Source: an uncultured Candidatus Binatia bacterium
Lineage (GTDB): Bacteria > Desulfobacterota > Binatia > Bin18
Length of the DNA stretch: 64,000 nucleotides
Assembly: GCA_965200965.1 (NCBI GenBank)
Contig: OZ241744.1
Coordinates: forward strand, 1,728,001 to 1,792,000
Reading direction: 5' to 3'
The position numbers and the translations under genes are program-made. Shown here piece by piece: positions 61,811-64,000 of the stretch. The notes beneath the pieces are model-generated. The model was given only the letters and a program-made list of their open reading frames with translations, searched no databases and had not been told where the DNA came from. How positions within the stretch are numbered: the stretch's first letter is position 1; every line of letters begins with the position of its first letter.

Positions 61811-64000
61811 TTAACACGCCTCGCCCAGCTCGCGCAAGAGCGTCTTGACCGACCGGATGACATCCTCACCCGGCGTGAGACCCAGGCTCAGGCGGAAGTC
61901 GGGCGTCACGTTCGACGGCCGCGTGTCGTGCTGGATAAAGGCGATGAGCCGCTCGGGCTTGATCGGCGAATCGGGGTGAAAGTGGACGGTGAGCAACTCG
62001 GCGCGTTTTGCGACCGCGGTGATCAGACAGGCGCGCAACACCCGGCGCAAGTCCATGACCTCAATCAGCGACAAGACGAGTTCGGGCAGGGGACCGAAGC
62101 GGTCTTCCAGCTCCTCGCCGAGTTCTTCCAACTCGTCCCGGGTTTGGACATTGGCCAATTTCTTGTAGAACACCAGGCGTTGGTTGACGTCCGGGATGTA
62201 GGCTTCGGGGATATAGGCGGGAATGCCGAGTTGAATCTCCGGCTCAATCTGGACCTGTATCTGGCCGCCCCTGAGTTCGGCGACGGTTTCTTCCAACATC
62301 TGGGCGTACAACTCAAAGCCGACCGCGGCGACATTGCCCGACTGTTCTTTGCCCAGCAGGTTGCCAGCACCCCGAATTTCCAGATCGTGGGCGGCCAGAC
62401 GAAAGCCGCCGCCGAGATCGTCCAACTCCTCAAGCACCTCCAGGCGCCGGCTGGCATCCTTGGTCAGCCGGTGCTGGCCGGGGATCAGCAGGTAGGCATA
62501 GGCGCGCTGGGCCGAGCGGCCGACCCGGCCCCGGAGTTGGTAGAGCTGGGCCAGGCCGAACTGGTCGGCCCGGTTGATAAGAATCGTGTTCGCCGTCGGA
62601 ATATCGAGACCTGACTCAATGATCGAGGAACACAGCAGCACATTAGTGCGGTGGTGGAGAAAGTCGAGCATGACCGTCTCGAGCTCGCGTTCGGCTATCT
62701 GGCCGTGACCGACCGCCAGGCTGGCTTCGGGCACCAGCTCGCGCAGATGGTCGGCCATACGCTCAATGCTCTCCACCCGGTTGTGGACAAAAAAGACTTG
62801 GCCGCCCCGCTCCAGCTCACGCAGGATGGCCGACCGGATCAGGTCCTCATCAAAGCGCGTCACATAGGTCCGAATGGCCTGCCGGTCAACCGGCGGGGTC
62901 TCGATCACGCTCAGGTCACGCAGACCGATCAGGCCCATGTTGAGGGTGCGGGGAATCGGGGTGGCGGACAGGGTCAGCACATCAACGAGGTGGCGCAGCT
63001 TCTTGATCTTTTCCTTGTGGGCTACCCCAAAGCGGTGCTCTTCGTCAATCACGATCAGCCCCAGGCGTTTAAACACAATGTCGCGCTGGAGTAGCCGGTG
63101 GGTGCCGATGACAATATCGACCTGACCGCCGGCCAAGCCGCGGACCACGGCTCTGACCTCCTGGGGCGAACGAAAACGGTTCAGCACCTCAACCCGCACC
63201 GGATACCCGGCAAAACGGCGGGCAAAGGTCTCGCCGTGCTGCTGAGCCAGCACGGTGGTCGGGACTAACACGGCCACCTGTTTGCCGGCCATCACGCTCA
63301 GAAAGGCGGCCCGCAGGGCGACTTCGGTTTTTCCGTAGCCGACATCGCCGCACACCAGCCGGTCCATCGGCTTGGGGCTGCTGAGGTCGGCCAGGACATC
63401 ATCAATGGCCAGCCGCTGGCCACGCGTTTCCTCAAACGGAAAGCCGGCCACAAACTCTCTATACTCCGGCCCATCCACCGCCAGGGTCGGGCGCTGGGTG
63501 GCCTCGCGTACTGCGTGCATCTCCAGCAGCTCTCGCGCCATAGCCAGAATGGCTTCTCGGGTTTTGCGTTTGACCCGCTCCCATTTGTCGAGCGCGCTCA
63601 GACGGTCAAGGGCCGGGCGGCGCTCGCCGCTCCCGGCGTACTTCTGGACCAGGTTGATCCGCTCAACCGGCAGGTACAGCCGGTCTCTGTCGGCGTACTC
63701 AAGCTGGAGATAGTCGCCCTCGGTGTCGGCCACCGACAGATGACGCAACCCCTGGTAGCGGCCGATGCCGTGGTCAATATGCACGACATAATCACCGACC
63801 TGCAGCTGACCCAGCCCGGTCAGATAATCGGCAACAGGCCGGGGCCGGGCGCGGCGGCGGTGGCGGCGCTCGCCAAAGATGTCTTCCTCGGCGATAAACA
63901 CCAGGCCGTCGGCCGGCAGCGCAAAGCCCTGCGAGACGGAACCGAGCAGAATAGCGACGCCGGGTGGCTGGCCGGGCCTGGCCGAGCGCTGGGACCACTC
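61811..64000 (-). CDS. mfd: transcription-repair coupling factor (5' part beyond window)
   Basis: GDYVVHIDHGIG, CGDVGYGKTEVA, DEEHRFG, SATPIPRTL, QLRGRVGRS, TRCF C-domain. Confidence 0.98.
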   Translation of the reverse strand, partial: EWSQRSARPGQPPGVAILLGSVSQGFALPADGLVFIAEEDIFGERRHRRRARPRPVADYLTGLGQLQVGDYVVHIDHGIGRYQGLRHLSVADTEGDYLQLEYADRDRLYLPVERINLVQKYAGSGERRPALDRLSALDKWERVKRKTREAILAMARELLEMHAVREATQRPTLAVDGPEYREFVAGFPFEETRGQRLAIDDVLADLSSPKPMDRLVCGDVGYGKTEVALRAAFLSVMAGKQVAVLVPTTVLAQQHGETFARRFAGYPVRVEVLNRFRSPQEVRAVVRGLAGGQVDIVIGTHRLLQRDIVFKRLGLIVIDEEHRFGVAHKEKIKKLRHLVDVLTLSATPIPRTLNMGLIGLRDLSVIETPPVDRQAIRTYVTRFDEDLIRSAILRELERGGQVFFVHNRVESIERMADHLRELVPEASLAVGHGQIAERELETVMLDFLHHRTNVLLCSSIIESGLDIPTANTILINRADQFGLAQLYQLRGRVGRSAQRAYAYLLIPGQHRLTKDASRRLEVLEELDDLGGGFRLAAHDLEIRGAGNLLGKEQSGNVAAVGFELYAQMLEETVAELRGGQIQVQIEPEIQLGIPAYIPEAYIPDVNQRLVFYKKLANVQTRDELEELGEELEDRFGPLPELVLSLIEVMDLRRVLRACLITAVAKRAELLTVHFHPDSPIKPERLIAFIQHDTRPSNVTPDFRLSLGLTPGEDVIRSVKTLLRELGEAC

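Overview
GC-rich bacterial chromosome segment, probably from a deltaproteobacterial-type lineage (inferred from the ffh-rpsP-khpA-rimM-trmD-SPOUT-rplS order and a CxxxY-type CcmE). Housekeeping blocks are htpX/menA, a BCCT transporter, trxB, a five-gene peptide ABC transporter, the ribosomal/SRP cluster, a ccm cytochrome c maturation cluster and mfd-surA-pdxA-PMM. Four accessory inserts interrupt them. (i) A NotI-family endonuclease with a Dam-like methylase (10.2-12.1 kb). (ii) A 13.5-kb defence island (16.1-29.6 kb): PLD-SNF2 helicase, Type IIG R-M enzyme, two FRG/TPR paralogues (one fused, one split), an AlbA_2-HATPase protein and a ParA-like ATPase. (iii) A TcmP + DUF5131 pair followed by duplicated His/Met-rich 11-residue-repeat membrane proteins and gene relics (41-44.7 kb). 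(iv) A DEAH helicase inserted behind ccmD. The most unusual signal is in island (ii): GTAG-type REP palindromes mark the gene boundaries, supply three stop codons and abut short relics of the 5' and 3' ends of other Type IIG genes, suggesting a REP-delimited, cassette-like defence array. Other notable signals are a second dispersed hairpin family with covarying stems and a conserved 19-nt loop (one copy in-frame inside an ABC ATPase), a secreted beta-helix protein built from 12 near-identical DNA repeats with hypervariable loops, and an apparently catalytically dead TrpC paralogue. No rRNA, tRNA, CRISPR array, transposase or integrase was seen. All calls come from motif reading by eye; no searches were run.
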